DNA of 64,000 bases from Eledone cirrhosa (lineage: Eukaryota): the NCBI GenBank assembly GCA_964016885.1, contig OZ024740.1, positions 294,376,001 to 294,440,000 on the forward strand, read 5' to 3'. A program made the position numbers and the translations under genes. The notes below the pieces were generated by a model, which saw only the letters and a list, made by a program, of their open reading frames with translations, did no database searches and was not told the DNA's origin. Below, piece by piece: positions 39,658-51,804 of the stretch (position 1 is its first letter; each line of letters starts with the position of its first letter).

Positions 39658-39963
39658 GAATACACACATACAGAAAATGGTTGCATCAACAATTTTCTCT
39701 CCAAGAATTCATCAAAGCACCAGTTATAATGCAATTAGAAATACGACTCACTAAACTATTAATTTCTCTTGGATGTTGTATGAGAACAATGCAGCCCATG
39801 ACTTGGTTTTTAGTCAATAGATTATGTATACAAATACACGAGTATCTGCAACATATGCAAGCTTACATTCATTCAAAGCATAAACCCTCTATACAGATAT
39901 TCTTATGAAAATGAACTCTTACATAAAAGATTCATTATGCATTTTTTGTCCTCTTCATATGAC

Positions 39964-39998
<35 letters not shown>

Positions 39999-40413
39999 AT
40001 GAAAAATAATTTCTGGAAAAATTCTAAAATGAAACATGTGACTAGTTTTAGGTTTGCTTTCCGAGGATCACACCTCGGTAAAAAGGAGGAGAAAGTGTAT
40101 ACCATGAATATATTCTTAGATTTGGGTTAACTTAAAAAAAAACCCTCTCTTAAAAAACAAAACAAAACTGTTAGATTTTCCTCTTATTAAATATTTTCTC
40201 CTCCTTTAAATTTTGATTCCACCTTTTGTTTTCTTTCATATTCCAGAAGAAAAAAGTGTCTTTCCTTCAAAATGAAATATTTTATACTTTCAACCAACAG
40301 CCTTATTTTAGAAATACTTTGCTTTGGAGGCAATGAGTAGAGAGAATGCAGGATGTTGTTTGTATATAACAAGCTACTATTGTTCAAAGGTTTTTTTTTT
40401 AAATGTTCTTGTA
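36945..40413 (-). other. Inferred ~3.5 kb 3'UTR of the PSKH1-like gene
   Basis: Lies between the stop codon and the candidate poly(A) signal; U-rich on the minus strand. Contains microsatellites, a SINE (39385-39548) and a hammerhead-family repeat. Inference only. Confidence 0.45.
38262..38345 (+). mobile_element. Second copy of the hammerhead-containing short repeat (stem II damaged)
   Basis: TTGT-CTGATGA-CTGTGATAAACAAAC-GAAA-CTCCAGAG-TA-ACAAGACTCACTATTTAGC..AATAAAATGAATA, flanked by (TA)n on both sides. Confidence 0.8.
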
Positions 40414-40725
40414 TTAATAACCCATTGATGCTATATCTGCCAAAATTTCTGGGTCTCTGTGGAGTTCTTCTATCTCTTCAGGGTGAACATGTCTGTGCTC
40501 TGAACGTAATGACCGACCTGAACGATTGGACTTGTTACTACTTTTACTGGATTGCGTACTGTTAGAACTGTTGGTATGCTGCAAATTTCTATTACTTGAT
40601 TGGTTGCCGTGACTTCTGAGCCATGCATGTGCTATTGCCTGGCTTGAGGTCATTCTTTCTTTTGGTTCTAACACAAGTAATTTATCAATGAAATCTTTGG
40701 CCATATTTGAGACATGTTTCCATAA
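40414..40725 (-). CDS. PSKH1: Terminal coding exon of a serine/threonine kinase H1 (PSKH1)-like CAMK-group kinase
   Basis: Acceptor TTTTTCAG|TTATGG (phase 0). LWKHVSNMAKDFIDKLLVLEPKERMTSSQAIAHAWL is kinase subdomain X-XI, followed by SSNRNLQ..S/T-rich..SLRSEHRHV...EIEEL, resembling the PSKH1 tail (SSSMKNLHRS...STRSNKSRRVRERELREL). TAA stop at 40416-40414. Upstream exons were not found in the window. Confidence 0.85.
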   Translation of the reverse strand, partial: LWKHVSNMAKDFIDKLLVLEPKERMTSSQAIAHAWLRSHGNQSSNRNLQHTNSSNSTQSSKSSNKSNRSGRSLRSEHRHVHPEEIEELHRDPEILADIASMGY

Positions 40726-40908
40726 CTGAAAAATATAAGATAAAAACAAAACATTTATTAGATGATTATAAATATAAAGTATCGAAGTATTTGGTTAGAT
40801 TTGAAATTCTTAGAAGATAGAGGAATCCCCAAAGTATAAAATAACTGTAGCTACAGTTGATTGCTATAAATATTAGTTGAGAAAATCAAATAAACTATCC
40901 TTATAGAT

Positions 40909-41206
40909 CAGAGGCCCCCAACCTCCAGACCGCAGACCAGTTCTGATCCATAGATCATTTGGTATCCGTCCGCAAAGAAATAATTAACTTGTTTAAAACT
41001 ATATAATAGATAAATTGAATATTGGACTTTAATTTAAAAAGATTTCTTTAAATATTCAATATTCATCTACTTTAATAAATTGCTTTTTTTTATTATTGCT
41101 CTCTTTATCGAAATGTACTTAAATAACACATGTGCAACTACCAGTTTGCGGAAAGATTGTCCAACATGAAGCCGGTCCATGGTATAAAAAAGGTTGAAGA
41201 CCACTG
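40909..41206. mobile_element. hAT/Charlie-type MITE
   Basis: TIRs CAGAGGCCCCCAACCT and (rc) CAGTGGTCTTCAACCT; near-matching 8-bp TSD TTATAGAT/CTATAAAT. Confidence 0.8.
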
Positions 41207-41324
41207 CTATAAATGGAAAAAAGCAGCCACCAGCTTCTACAAAGAATTGAACTCTGTACCTATGATTCTTCATAGTGACTGCTGTATTTTATCTGATTTT
41301 CTAAGCTATTTTTTGTAGCAATCG

Positions 41325-41660
41325 ACTGTAACTTGGAGATCAGGGAGTTACTTCAGGTAGAGTCGTTAGTTCTCCAAATTGAGAGATCACAGCTCTGATA
41401 CTATGGACATGTGATCGGAATGTCTCAGGAAAGAATTGTTGGACATATTTTAAAGGCAAAACCAACTGACAGGAGACCCAGGGGTAGACCATGAGCAAGA
41501 TGGTTAGATCTCTGTTGCTTTTGCTTGGGGATCCAGCCAGATCAATTGGATTGGAGACAGTTCCTTCTGACAGGACCTGCTGGATGGTGAGCTAAAGGAC
41601 TGCCCCCCCCCCCAACCATCCTAAGAATAAATGGGAAGAGGAAGAGGAGAAGGAGAAGAC
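41325..41660 (+). mobile_element. RTE-like LINE 3' relic
   Basis: IERSQL*YYGHVIGMSQERIVGHILKAKPTDRRPRGRP*ARW, a typical RTE C-terminus, with a (GAA/GGA) tail. Confidence 0.75.
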
Positions 41661-43029
41661 TGTAGCTAGTTATTTTATGCATTTTGGAATTCCTAGATCT
41701 AAGAATATTAAATTAAATACATGATTAGGAAAAAAAACTGACTAGTAATAAGAAAGAAATGTATACATCAAATAAAAACATAATAGTTCAAAAAGACAAA
41801 CCAAGTTCCTGTGTGAAATATTAGACATTCTTTTCTAACATATTAACATATGGACATTATCATGTGGACATTATCTAACATAGTAAATTAACATATTTAC
41901 ATGTGGACATTATCTAACATGTGGACATTATCAAGTTGTCAATAGTAATGCTTTTACATCTGTTCTTATATTTCAGCAGGAGTTATGGATGTCATTCATT
42001 TTAACGACTTACTCCTATTTTATGCTAGGCTTGACACTATTCTCGCTCACAAAATTTCTATTATTCCTTTTCTTTCAATAACAAGAAAAAAAAAACGAAA
42101 AAAAAAACTCACAGACTGCATAAGATTCTGCCCATATCCTTTGTTTCCTTCTTTTAGGAATTATGTCATTAAGATTATTTATAACATAGAAGAGAAGCTA
42201 ACAGATGACAGTATGTTACCATCTATAAGTGAGGAGTGAACATGTCTTCTGAAAATAAGGTCCTTCACCAGCAACATTTAGTATTTCTTTCATTCTTGAA
42301 CAACTCAACAATTAGCTAGCTAAAATATTCAGGGCTAGATGATACCCTTATATTTACTCTTGCAGAGTAGATGGGGCGTGTTCTGCTTTTCCTCCTACAC
42401 ATACACATGTACACATATAATTTTATAAAACATAAGTGAAATTTCATAATATCGAAGTATATAACTACAAACATACATTTTTATATTTCTGTTTATGATG
42501 CTGAAATAGAAAAGAATTGTCACTGATTTTTCTTTCTTATATTTATTTTTGTATTATTTAAAAGATTATTTTAGATTAATATTAATGTTCAAAGGATGAA
42601 CAAGAAAGATAGGATCAAAGAGAAATTCTTTAATAGAAAGACAGATTCAAACTGATTTCAGTTTAATAAGGGAAAATGGAGGCAATGTTTATAAATATAC
42701 AAAACTAACTACAGCCATCACTGGCAATTGATTATGACATGATATGATGTACTATGCCTTCACTAATTGTTTTAGGTGCCACAGGGCAGACACAGACACT
42801 CTCTCTGCCCTCCCTCCCTCCCTTAACAATGCAGAGTATCCAGGATGTATGTGACAGCCAGAAGGAGAGAGGACTGCACCAGCATTGGTACATTAAAGCT
42901 AAGTAGACCACAGTGGGATTTGAACACAAAACCCAGTGAACCAGAGCAAATATCTTGATGCATTTTAACCACCATTCTAATAATGACTTTGCTAATCAAC
43001 TACCTTACAGATATACTTATATATATATG

Positions 43030-43260
43030 GCAGCGAATTGGCAGAGTCATTAGAATGTCAGATAGAATGCTTTGTGGTATTCTTTTTGGCTCTCTACTCT
43101 CTGAGTTCAAATCCTGCCAAGGTCAACTTTGCCTTTCATCCATTCGAGGTGGATAAAAAAAGTACCAGTCAAGTACTGAGCCAATTCTTCATCTATATCT
43201 CTTTCTCACTTTCATTCTCTCACTCTCTATCCTTCTCTGGAAGAAATCTGATAAAATAAG
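43030..43260 (+). mobile_element. Nin-domain SINE (long-tail subfamily)
   Basis: GAATTGGCAGAGTC head, GAGTTCAAATCC B-box, GCCTTTCATCCATTCGAGGTGGATAAAA..GTACCAG. Confidence 0.8.
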
Positions 43261-44031
43261 TTGACACTTTTTATATAAAATATCTCATCCTGTAGAGTAG
43301 GTTAAAGGATTTTCATCCTTTTGTTAGGATATCACTATAGAACTACACTGACTACATTTTTCAATTAATTTTGAAAATAACCCAGAATTGAAAATATCTT
43401 TGCTGCTATTATTAAGCTGGAAGATAACATTTATACATAACATTTTAAAATAAGAGCTTTTTGTATCATAGAACCAAAGGCAGTCTCCTTCAGGTCGGTA
43501 TTGAAAGGGTTAAAGAAATATAGGGCATTATGTTTGAATTCTGTTATTATCTTTTAAATATTGGAAAGCCTAGACTGTAGGCCCTTTTTTTTTCAATGTT
43601 CATGCCAAATCCTGATGAGATATTTTCTGTTTTTCTCTTTAGTTTACTTATCACAAGCCTGCTATCTTTCTGTTTAAGTCTAATGCCAGCCAATACTATC
43701 TATAAAAAACGGGGAGGCACATTGGATGATAAGGTACACTCTGCCTGGGGCAAAAAAAAAATCATGGCTAGAATGCCTTTGACCATAAGTTTGCTTGATC
43801 AGAGCAAAACAAACTTGGTCACACATTTCATCTTTAAGATGATTTGGCCCACATTGACCACACCATATCATTATTGGCTTAATTAATGTACCAGCATAGA
43901 TCTGGAGAACTTTGGCAATGAAAGGTGTATATAAGGCTGTGTGGTTAAGAAAGTGTACGTTACTATAGCCTCAAGTTGGCCAATGCCTAGTGAGTGAAAT
44001 TAAGTAGGTTGAAATTGTATGAAAACCTGCC

Positions 44032-44062
<31 letters not shown>

Positions 44063-44070
44063 ACATCAGA

Positions 44071-44972
44071 TTATACATTCTTCATATGCTAAAGTCTAAA
44101 TTCCCCAACCACTCCTTTGGATTATACTATGACAACGCTCTTTCATTTTCACAAGATTGTAACAGACAGACTCTGGACAGATTCCGTAAAAATTTAATTG
44201 ACACATTTAGTGCACTAGGACTTAAAATTACGGTTGCAAATTTCCTAGATGTGAACTTAGACCTAACAACAGATTTGTATATGAAAAATTGATTTATATA
44301 AATAAAGCCTCATGCCATTCCCTGCTGTCTTTAAAATCTTAGTTTCTAACATTAGTTGTAGGATCTCAAATCTATCAGCAACCAGGAAGATTGTCAATAC
44401 AGCTGCACCTTACTACAATCAAGCTCTCTTACATAGCGCTTTTAAGGAGAAAATTATGTATACACCCAATCATTCCCAACCCAACCATACTAAAAATACT
44501 AATAGAAAAAGAAGAATGATCTGGTTCGCACTCCCTCCTATTCCTTTAAAGTAAAGACTAATGTAGGTAAGTATTTTTTTAGATTTATTAGATAGATATT
44601 TCCCACCTCAACATAGATATAGTAAAATATTCAATCATAATGCTGTCAAGATATCCTATTTATGTGGAGTATCTATGAGATCAAAATATACTGCAAAAAA
44701 TATACCTGACATTAATTCAAGCTGCTCTTGTAGGATTAAAGAAAACTACCCTCTCAAATAGAATTGTAATGTCAAATCCATTGTGTATAAGGTAGAAATT
44801 ACACAACAACAACACAACAAATTCTGAAGTTAGGGAAAAATACATCAATATGGTGCAAGATCGTTTTAAGCAACGTTTTTACACACATCTCTACTCCTTC
44901 AGGAATCTTGATATGAGAACCAGTACAACTCCGGCAAAAAAAGTCTGGCAGTTAAAGGAGAAAGGAGTCCCA
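44071..44972 (+). mobile_element. Penelope-like retroelement (Neptune-type) decayed RT-thumb plus GIY-YIG
   Basis: Frameshifted motifs GLYYDNAL (YRDD-like), NFLDVNLDL, NISCRISNLS, APYYNQAL, RKRRMIWF, CSC....PL...C..KSIVYKVEI, FKQRFYTH and STT.AKKVWQLKEKG. Confidence 0.88.
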
Positions 44973-46078
44973 CATAAGTACCAGGGTTGATATAGTTGAC
45001 TAAAGCTTTAAAGGCAGTGCCCCAACTTGACCACAGTCATATGATTGAAACTAGTAAAAGAATGAAAGATTGCTACTTGAGTCTGTTCTCAAATCTGTCG
45101 GCATGCCATATCTCTACTTCATATTAATTCTTATAATAATAATGAAATTATTGTGTACAGAGCTCTGTACCAATTCATCAAAAACTGGCTCTGGTCCTAT
45201 GAAACAACATCCTCCAGCCCTATTTAAATTAAAATCTTCCAACATAATTTTATATCAGAACCGTATGTTAAGCTACAATCTTCGTTATGTAATAATTTTA
45301 GTAAATCTGTTAGAATTCTTTGTTAACTCATTGAAATAAGGTCACAGAAGAAGGAATGTCTCTTCTGTTCCTGTAATGGATTCTCTATTGATTTGGATGA
45401 TTAGCATCCAGTTATCCACCTAACTGATTATCCAGCTCACAAACTTAAGATGTAAGTGTTTGAGTATTCCACAGACATGTGCACCCTTAATACCCAGGTG
45501 TTCCCAAGCTGAATCATGATGACACAATATGTGACAAGGCTGGCCCTTTGAATTGTATGCACAATCCATCCAATAGGCTTCCACACAGTTTCTGTCTACC
45601 CAATTTCATTCATAATGTTTGAATTGACAAGATATGCTATGCAGTGGGATCAAACCCAGGATCTCATGTATGTGAAACAAACTTCTTAACCACCCAGGCA
45701 TACCAGTGTCAACTTTAGCCCCTAGAGCTTAATATTGGCATACAGAGGTAGTAGACCATAAGAAATACAACCTGTCTGGTTACATATCTCACAAAGTGGC
45801 ACAAAGTAACTTTCACCATTTTGTTTATTCACCCAACTCAGTGGATGTGCATTGACTTCCTAGGTCTTTATAGATCACACCCCTCCCCCCACAAAAAATA
45901 TATATTTAACAAGATAATGCTTGCTTTGTAATTCTGCTAGGGTATCTTCTATATCCTTCAGTGAACCCTGTCTCTGGCTTTTCTATAACAATGATCTCCT
46001 TAATTTAAGGACTCATAAATCATTTTCTTTCTTAGTTCCAAACTTTCAGTTGAGTTGCATGGATGAGACACACACAAA

Positions 46079-46121
<43 letters not shown>

Positions 46122-46826
46122 TCAGTGGAGAGATGGAGTAGAGCAAGATAGAGGGTCAGAGAACAGAGAAAAGGTGAAACATATGTTTATTTATTCACAT
46201 TAAACCAGTTTCAAAAATGAAAAAAATGTATCAAAGATGTGTTTGCTAAATATTCACACACACACACACAAGAAGAAAAAAGAGTTGGATAGACAGATAG
46301 CTATATAGAGAGAGGATGAGAATGATGGTGATGATGAGGAAGAGGCAGAGAGACAGAGGCAAACAAACTTTTTCTTCTCTTTTTGGTTTTAATTGTTTTA
46401 TTTGAGAGTGAGACAGAGAGGGGAGGAGAGAAAGAAAGAAAGAGGGTGAGAGATAGAGAGAGGAGAGGGTGGGTCATGCAAGCACTCATCACAGACATTA
46501 CAGGATGTATGAATAATAACTGCCATGTTTGCTTAAACTAACAGAAGAAGAGGAGAAAAAAGACATCTGTGTAAAAATAACAGTCACTATTGTATTCAGG
46601 ATAAAAAAACTATCTTTCTCTTGTTTAGTCAGTTCTATTGCCAGTTGAGTATGTTGGCTTATATTGCCAGTTGGCACTAATATAATCTTATTTCCAGTAT
46701 AGCAGACACAAATTACAAGAAAGGCATTTGTTAGTAGTTTTCTAAGTCTATAAGTGTTGAATCTACAGTTGAATGTTGCCTGCTCTTTTATCTATAGATT
46801 CATAGCTTTAGTTTTATTAGATAAAA

Positions 46827-46863
<37 letters not shown>

Positions 46864-46875
46864 CACACACACATA

Positions 46876-47395
46876 AATTACCCAGTACATTACTGGTACT
46901 TTATTTTATCGACCCTGTAAGGATGAAAGGCAAAGTTAACCTCGGCGGGATTTGAACTATGCTGGAAAGCATGGCGTCTGACTCTCTACCGATACTGCCA
47001 ATCCATTAAATAATTGTTCTACTTTAGGCACAAGGCCAGCAATTACTCAGTGTATTACTGGTACTTTATTTTATCGACCCCGTAAGGATGAAAAGCAAAA
47101 TTAACCTCGACGGGATTTGAACTCAGAATGGCAAGGGACGTAACTCTATGCGCAAAGCATGGCGTCTGACCCTCTACCGATACTGCCAATCCATTAAATA
47201 ATTATTTCTACTTTAGGCACAAGGCCAGCAATTAACCAGTGCATTACTGGTACTTTATTTTATCGACCCTGTAAGGATGAAAGGCAAAGTCAACCTCGGC
47301 GGGATTTGAACTCAGATCGTAAAGGGACGTAACTATGCTGGAAAGCATGGCGTCCGACCCTCTACCGATACTGCCAATCCACCGCCAATCCATTA
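46876..47395 (-). mobile_element. Head-to-tail trimer of the young Nin-domain SINE
   Basis: Three consecutive copies (about 46876-47003, 47004-47192, 47193-47385), each junction reading GCCAATCCATTAAATAAT. Confidence 0.9.
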
Positions 47396-47641
47396 AATAA
47401 TGATTACCAAATACCCTGACCCCATACAAAATTCTCATCTTAAAAATGTTCATTTTTCATTTAGGATTTTCATTGTATTGTAAAGTTCACAATGAGAGGG
47501 TAAAACGAGAGATAGAGGGAGGGAGAGAGAGAGGGAGGGGTGTATGGGTTGGGATGGTAAGAACCATTCTACTTCCCATACTGGTCCATTCGGAAGAAAG
47601 ATTTCAGTTCTTAACACTGAATATTTATTCTTCAAGGCAAA

Positions 47642-47684
<43 letters not shown>

Positions 47685-47686
<2 letters not shown>

Positions 47687-48790
47687 TAACTGTAACTGTG
47701 TCCAACCAGGAATGTGTCCGTTGAACAATCAGTGTCTTGAACGCAACATCATATACAAATGTACTATCGAATCGAATAGACAGAAGTGGTACTATGTGGG
47801 ATCTACAGCCACCTCCTTCAAATCACGCCTTTATAGACATCGTTACTCGATAAAACATGAAAACCAGCGTTATGTAACAACACTCGCAGACAAGGCTTGG
47901 CAGCTGCGTGAAAATAACCAACAATTTAACCTAAAATGGGATATAATAGCGACTGCCCCTCTATATCCCCACGGACAGGAATTTTGTAAATTATGTAATA
48001 TGGAATTATTTTGTATTATGAAATCCAAAAACATTTTATTAAATAACAGAATAGAGCGATCGTTATACTGTAACCATCGCTTAAAATCTACATTTTCATA
48101 TTACAAATACTACCAGGATTGAACGCCTGTCTCCATCTCCGTTTGATTGTCAAAATACATATTAATATTCTCTATTAGTCTTAATTCTATCAACTCTTCT
48201 ATTATTTACCATTTAATATAAACTACTATAGATAAAATGAGATTTCTTAATTCAATTCCCTAATGCATATACCAGCTGGTTACTAGCATTGATGTTATTC
48301 AGTAGAAGTAGAAATCTCCCCCTTCCTCAATTGACACTTTATAATTAATACTACTACACCAAATGACCAGCCCTGTCCATTGTTCAATTGGTCAAGTATA
48401 GATTAAAATAGGCACTCCCAAAAATTCTTATTTAGATAAAATAAACCATTTACTCATTGTATTCTCATTAGAAACCCTTTATATACTTGTTTAGCAGTAA
48501 ATTGAATTACCATCTGTCATATACTATCCCCTCTCTTCTTCCTCTATTACAACTAATATAAATACTTCAATTTTTCTGATTTTATCCAATTTATCCAAAA
48601 TCTCTGAAGAAGTGACCACTGATTATACATTTGCTATCGAATACTTGCTAACATTATATGATTACGCAAGCAGCGATACATAGGTATTCCGTCTGTTACA
48701 GAAACATATGTCAATACCTAATAAATTCCCTTTTTAAAAAAAAAAGCACTTTCATTTTATATTCATCTTTTCTACATTTTCTCCGGAATA
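47685..48790 (+). mobile_element. 5'-truncated Penelope-like element: intact GIY-YIG endonuclease domain (47685-48122) plus 3' region with a hammerhead-like motif
   Basis: NCNC....CPLNNQCL..NIIYKC..WYYVGST..FKSRLYRH..TTLADKAWQL..CKLCNMEL..LLNNR..CNH, open to its stop codon and starting right after (TA)n. CTGAAGA (48604) ... GAAACATATGTC (48701-48712). Confidence 0.9.
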
Positions 48791-48899
48791 TAATTTATAC
48801 TCGTTGAGCAAACCTACACGTACGCTGTTCATCTCTAACGTAACGATATATTATCACTACATTATTGATAACCTGAAATTTTATATATATATATATATA

Positions 48900-48951
48900 T
48901 AAGTATGTATGTATACGTACATACATATATGTATACAGACGTACAGTAGCA

Positions 48952-49044
<93 letters not shown>

Positions 49045-49577
49045 ATACATATACATACACATATATATATATATACATATACATACACATATATATATAT
49101 ATACATACACATATATATATATATACATATACATACAGGTACACATACATATATGCACGTATCAGTTTAGCGGACGCTTATTATAACGCCGCTTTGTTCG
49201 TTTGTAAACAAACTGAACAGCCTGAATTTATGCTGTACGGTGTTAAGGCAACCACGTCACCTTTTTGTTCAACACTGACACTATCTGGCAGAAGGGTATA
49301 CGGTGCTGATGATAGCTAACAAGCTTGAAACTAGTACATCGTTCCTGTGTCAGTGTTGAACAAAAAGGTGACGTGGTTGCCTTAACACCGTACGGCATAA
49401 ATTCAGGCTGTTCAGTTTGTTTACAAACGAACAAAGCGGGCGCTATAATAAGCGTCCGCTAAACTGATACGTGCATATATGTATGTGTACCTGTATGTAT
49501 ATGTATATATATATATATATATGCATGCTAGTGTACGTCTGTATACATATATGTATGTACGTATACATACATACTTA
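48900..49577. repeat. Long near-perfect inverted repeat with a 65-nt loop
   Basis: 48900-49281 is the reverse complement of 49347-49577. The ~150-bp unique part has few mismatches; the left arm has an expanded TA/CA microsatellite. Confidence 0.95.
49301..49341 (+). ncRNA. Minimal type-I hammerhead ribozyme motif in the loop of the inverted repeat
   Basis: CGGTG-CTGATGA-t AGCT aaca AGCT t-GAAA-CTAG-TA-CATCG: stem I CGGTG/CATCG, palindromic stem III ACTAGT, GUA triplet. Confidence 0.8.
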
Positions 49578-50179
49578 CATTTAAGTAAGTGCCGTACTAA
49601 GAGTGAGAAATGAAATTTCGTTTTCATTTTATTTCAACTTATATATATATATATATAATGTTTAATATAGAAATGGCTTCTACAGGACTAGAACTGTTTC
49701 ATTCAAAAGAAATCCTCACTAGGTCTTCTGATAATCTATGGGTCAGGTTGAGACAAGAAATAATAGGATTCACAGGGAGTGGAAAATTGAGAGATTGTGT
49801 GTGAGTGCATGAGCACCCACACAAAAATGTGTGTGCACGTGTATGTGTGGATAAACCTATACAAATTTGAAGAGTAAAATATGAAAATTATTTACAGATA
49901 TGTATGTGTGCCTCTGTGTGTGTATGTGTTCCTATATCTGTGTGTGTGTGATTGGGTCTGAAATGTAACAGAGTGCTAGTTGAAGACAAATAAGCAGAGA
50001 AGAGAGAGAGAGAGAAATGGTGTGGATAGGTAAGAAAAAGAGGATACAGAAAAAAAATGGATGGCAAAGAGATGTAAAAATTGGATAAGAGACAAACAGT
50101 TGAATAGTTGGAGAATATGGGCAGAATAGACTTAAAGAATGAGTGAGTGGGATTTTAGAGAGAAAGATATATAGAGGTT

Positions 50180-50350
50180 AAATAAAAGTAGTAGTAGCAG
50201 TGGTGGTAGTAGTAGTGGTGATGGAGGTGGTGCTGGTGATGGTGGAGGTGGAGGTAGTGGTGGTTGCCAGAGAAGATAACAACAGCTGTGATGGGGAGGG
50301 GGAGGAGGTGTGGCAGAGAGAGAGAGAGGCAGCAACAACAACAGTAGCAG
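50180..50350. repeat. Degenerate (GTA/GTG/GAG/CAA)n trinucleotide low-complexity tract
   Basis: Directly visible; produces spurious poly-Pro/His/Thr/Val ORFs. Confidence 0.8.
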
Positions 50351-51530
50351 CAGAGTGGTTGAAAGTCTTCTGGAGACAAGCATTTAACAATTCAACAAAA
50401 ATAGTTAGACTTTTGATGAGATTAGGGAAGAGGAAAGGGAAACAAAGAAGAAAAAGTGTATAAAGTAAAAAGTATTTGGAGTAAAATTAGACAGGAAATG
50501 TTAGGAAGGAGATGTATAGAAGCCATGGTAGGTGGAGCCAGAAAAAAAAAGTGTGGTGTCTCTGTGTGTGTGAGAGTCTGTGTCTGTGTTCTGTGTGGGG
50601 GTGTTGGAAGGGTAGGGGATTTTTGGTACCAACAGTTTATAGATATGGTGAATGCAATATGGAGGTCAGTTTTTTCAGTCACTCACAGCTACAGAAGATA
50701 ATATTATTCTGCCAAAAAGAGATGGTAAAAGCAAGCTATGACAGAGGAAGAGGAGACTAGTAGTGAGAAGGATACATTTTCCTCAAAACAACACCAGCTA
50801 TTATCAAAGTTTATAGTGAAAAGAAGGTCATTTGGAATAAGATGACAAATAACAAGAACTAATACAGAAAAAATAAATAGCAGAGCTAACATTCTTTTTT
50901 TTTTTATTTGTCTTCATATCAAAATTTATTTTTCTAAACCTCTCAACAATAAGAAGATACATTTGCATTTATGTCCCTTCAGTTTGTGTGCGTGTATGTA
51001 TGTATGTATGTATGTATGTATGTTCTTCTGGTTTTATAATTTCACAAAGTTTTACCAATAAAGAGAGAGTCGGTTTCTAACATAGTTACAAGACTCTCAT
51101 TGGAATTTACACAACATCAACTAGGTAGATATGTATGTATGCATGCATGGATGTTATTGTATGTGTGGATGTGTATGTTTTGAGTTGTATGTGTGCATGT
51201 GTATATGCTTTGTATCTGTACATGTGTATATGCAGTTATTAGATGCAAAATTTTTGGAATGTTTTACATATTTTTACTGTATGTATGTATGTATGTACAT
51301 ATATATGTCATCAACATCATCATTTAACATCCATTTTTCCAAGATAGCATGGGTTAGACAAGTTGTCCTGTTGTGAGACAAGCCAGATCAAATGATTGTC
51401 TTGCTCATACTATTTCTGGCTTGGTTACTATACCCAGATACCCTTCCTAATGCCAACCACATTTATAGTGTGGACTGGGTGTTTTTTATCATGGTACCAA
51501 CACGACCACTATATATATATATATATATAT

Positions 51531-51700
51531 ATATTCATTTTATTAAGGCTAAATAGTGAGTCTTGTTACTCTGGAGTTTTGCCTGCTTCTCAGTGAGAAA
51601 TAAGTGAAATCTCAGAGTAAGAAGACTCACTATTTAGCCTTAATAAAATGAATATTTAAACTCTACTTCGGCATTGAGTATTCTTTTCTCTTAGCTGCCA

Positions 51701-51751
<51 letters not shown>

Positions 51752-51804
51752 GACAGCTGAGAGAAAAGAACACTCAATACCAAAGTAGAGTTTAAATATT
51801 CATT
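51531..51804. mobile_element. Double inverted-repeat arrangement of the hammerhead-family repeat
   Basis: 51531-51585 is inverted against ~51600-51655 around TTCTCAGTGAGAA, and 51647-51704 is inverted against 51747-51804 around (TA)n. Contains the ACTCCAGAGTAACAAGACTCAC half of the ribozyme. Confidence 0.85.

Noticed and set aside
40726-40749. ORF-track start extending the kinase exon (MFLSYIFQ)
   Set aside because: This is the intronic polypyrimidine tract and AG acceptor, not coding.
47544-47684. N-terminal part of the 192-aa ORF as a real start of the GIY-YIG protein
   Set aside because: Reads through unrelated flank and a (TA)n tract; the in-frame ATG is most likely fortuitous.
48795-49319. 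Tyr/Ile/Val-rich ORFs
   Set aside because: Translations of (TA)n/(CATATA)n microsatellite.
50132-50463. Poly-Pro/His/Thr/Val ORFs on both strands
   Set aside because: Low-complexity trinucleotide tract; no recognisable domain or splice context.
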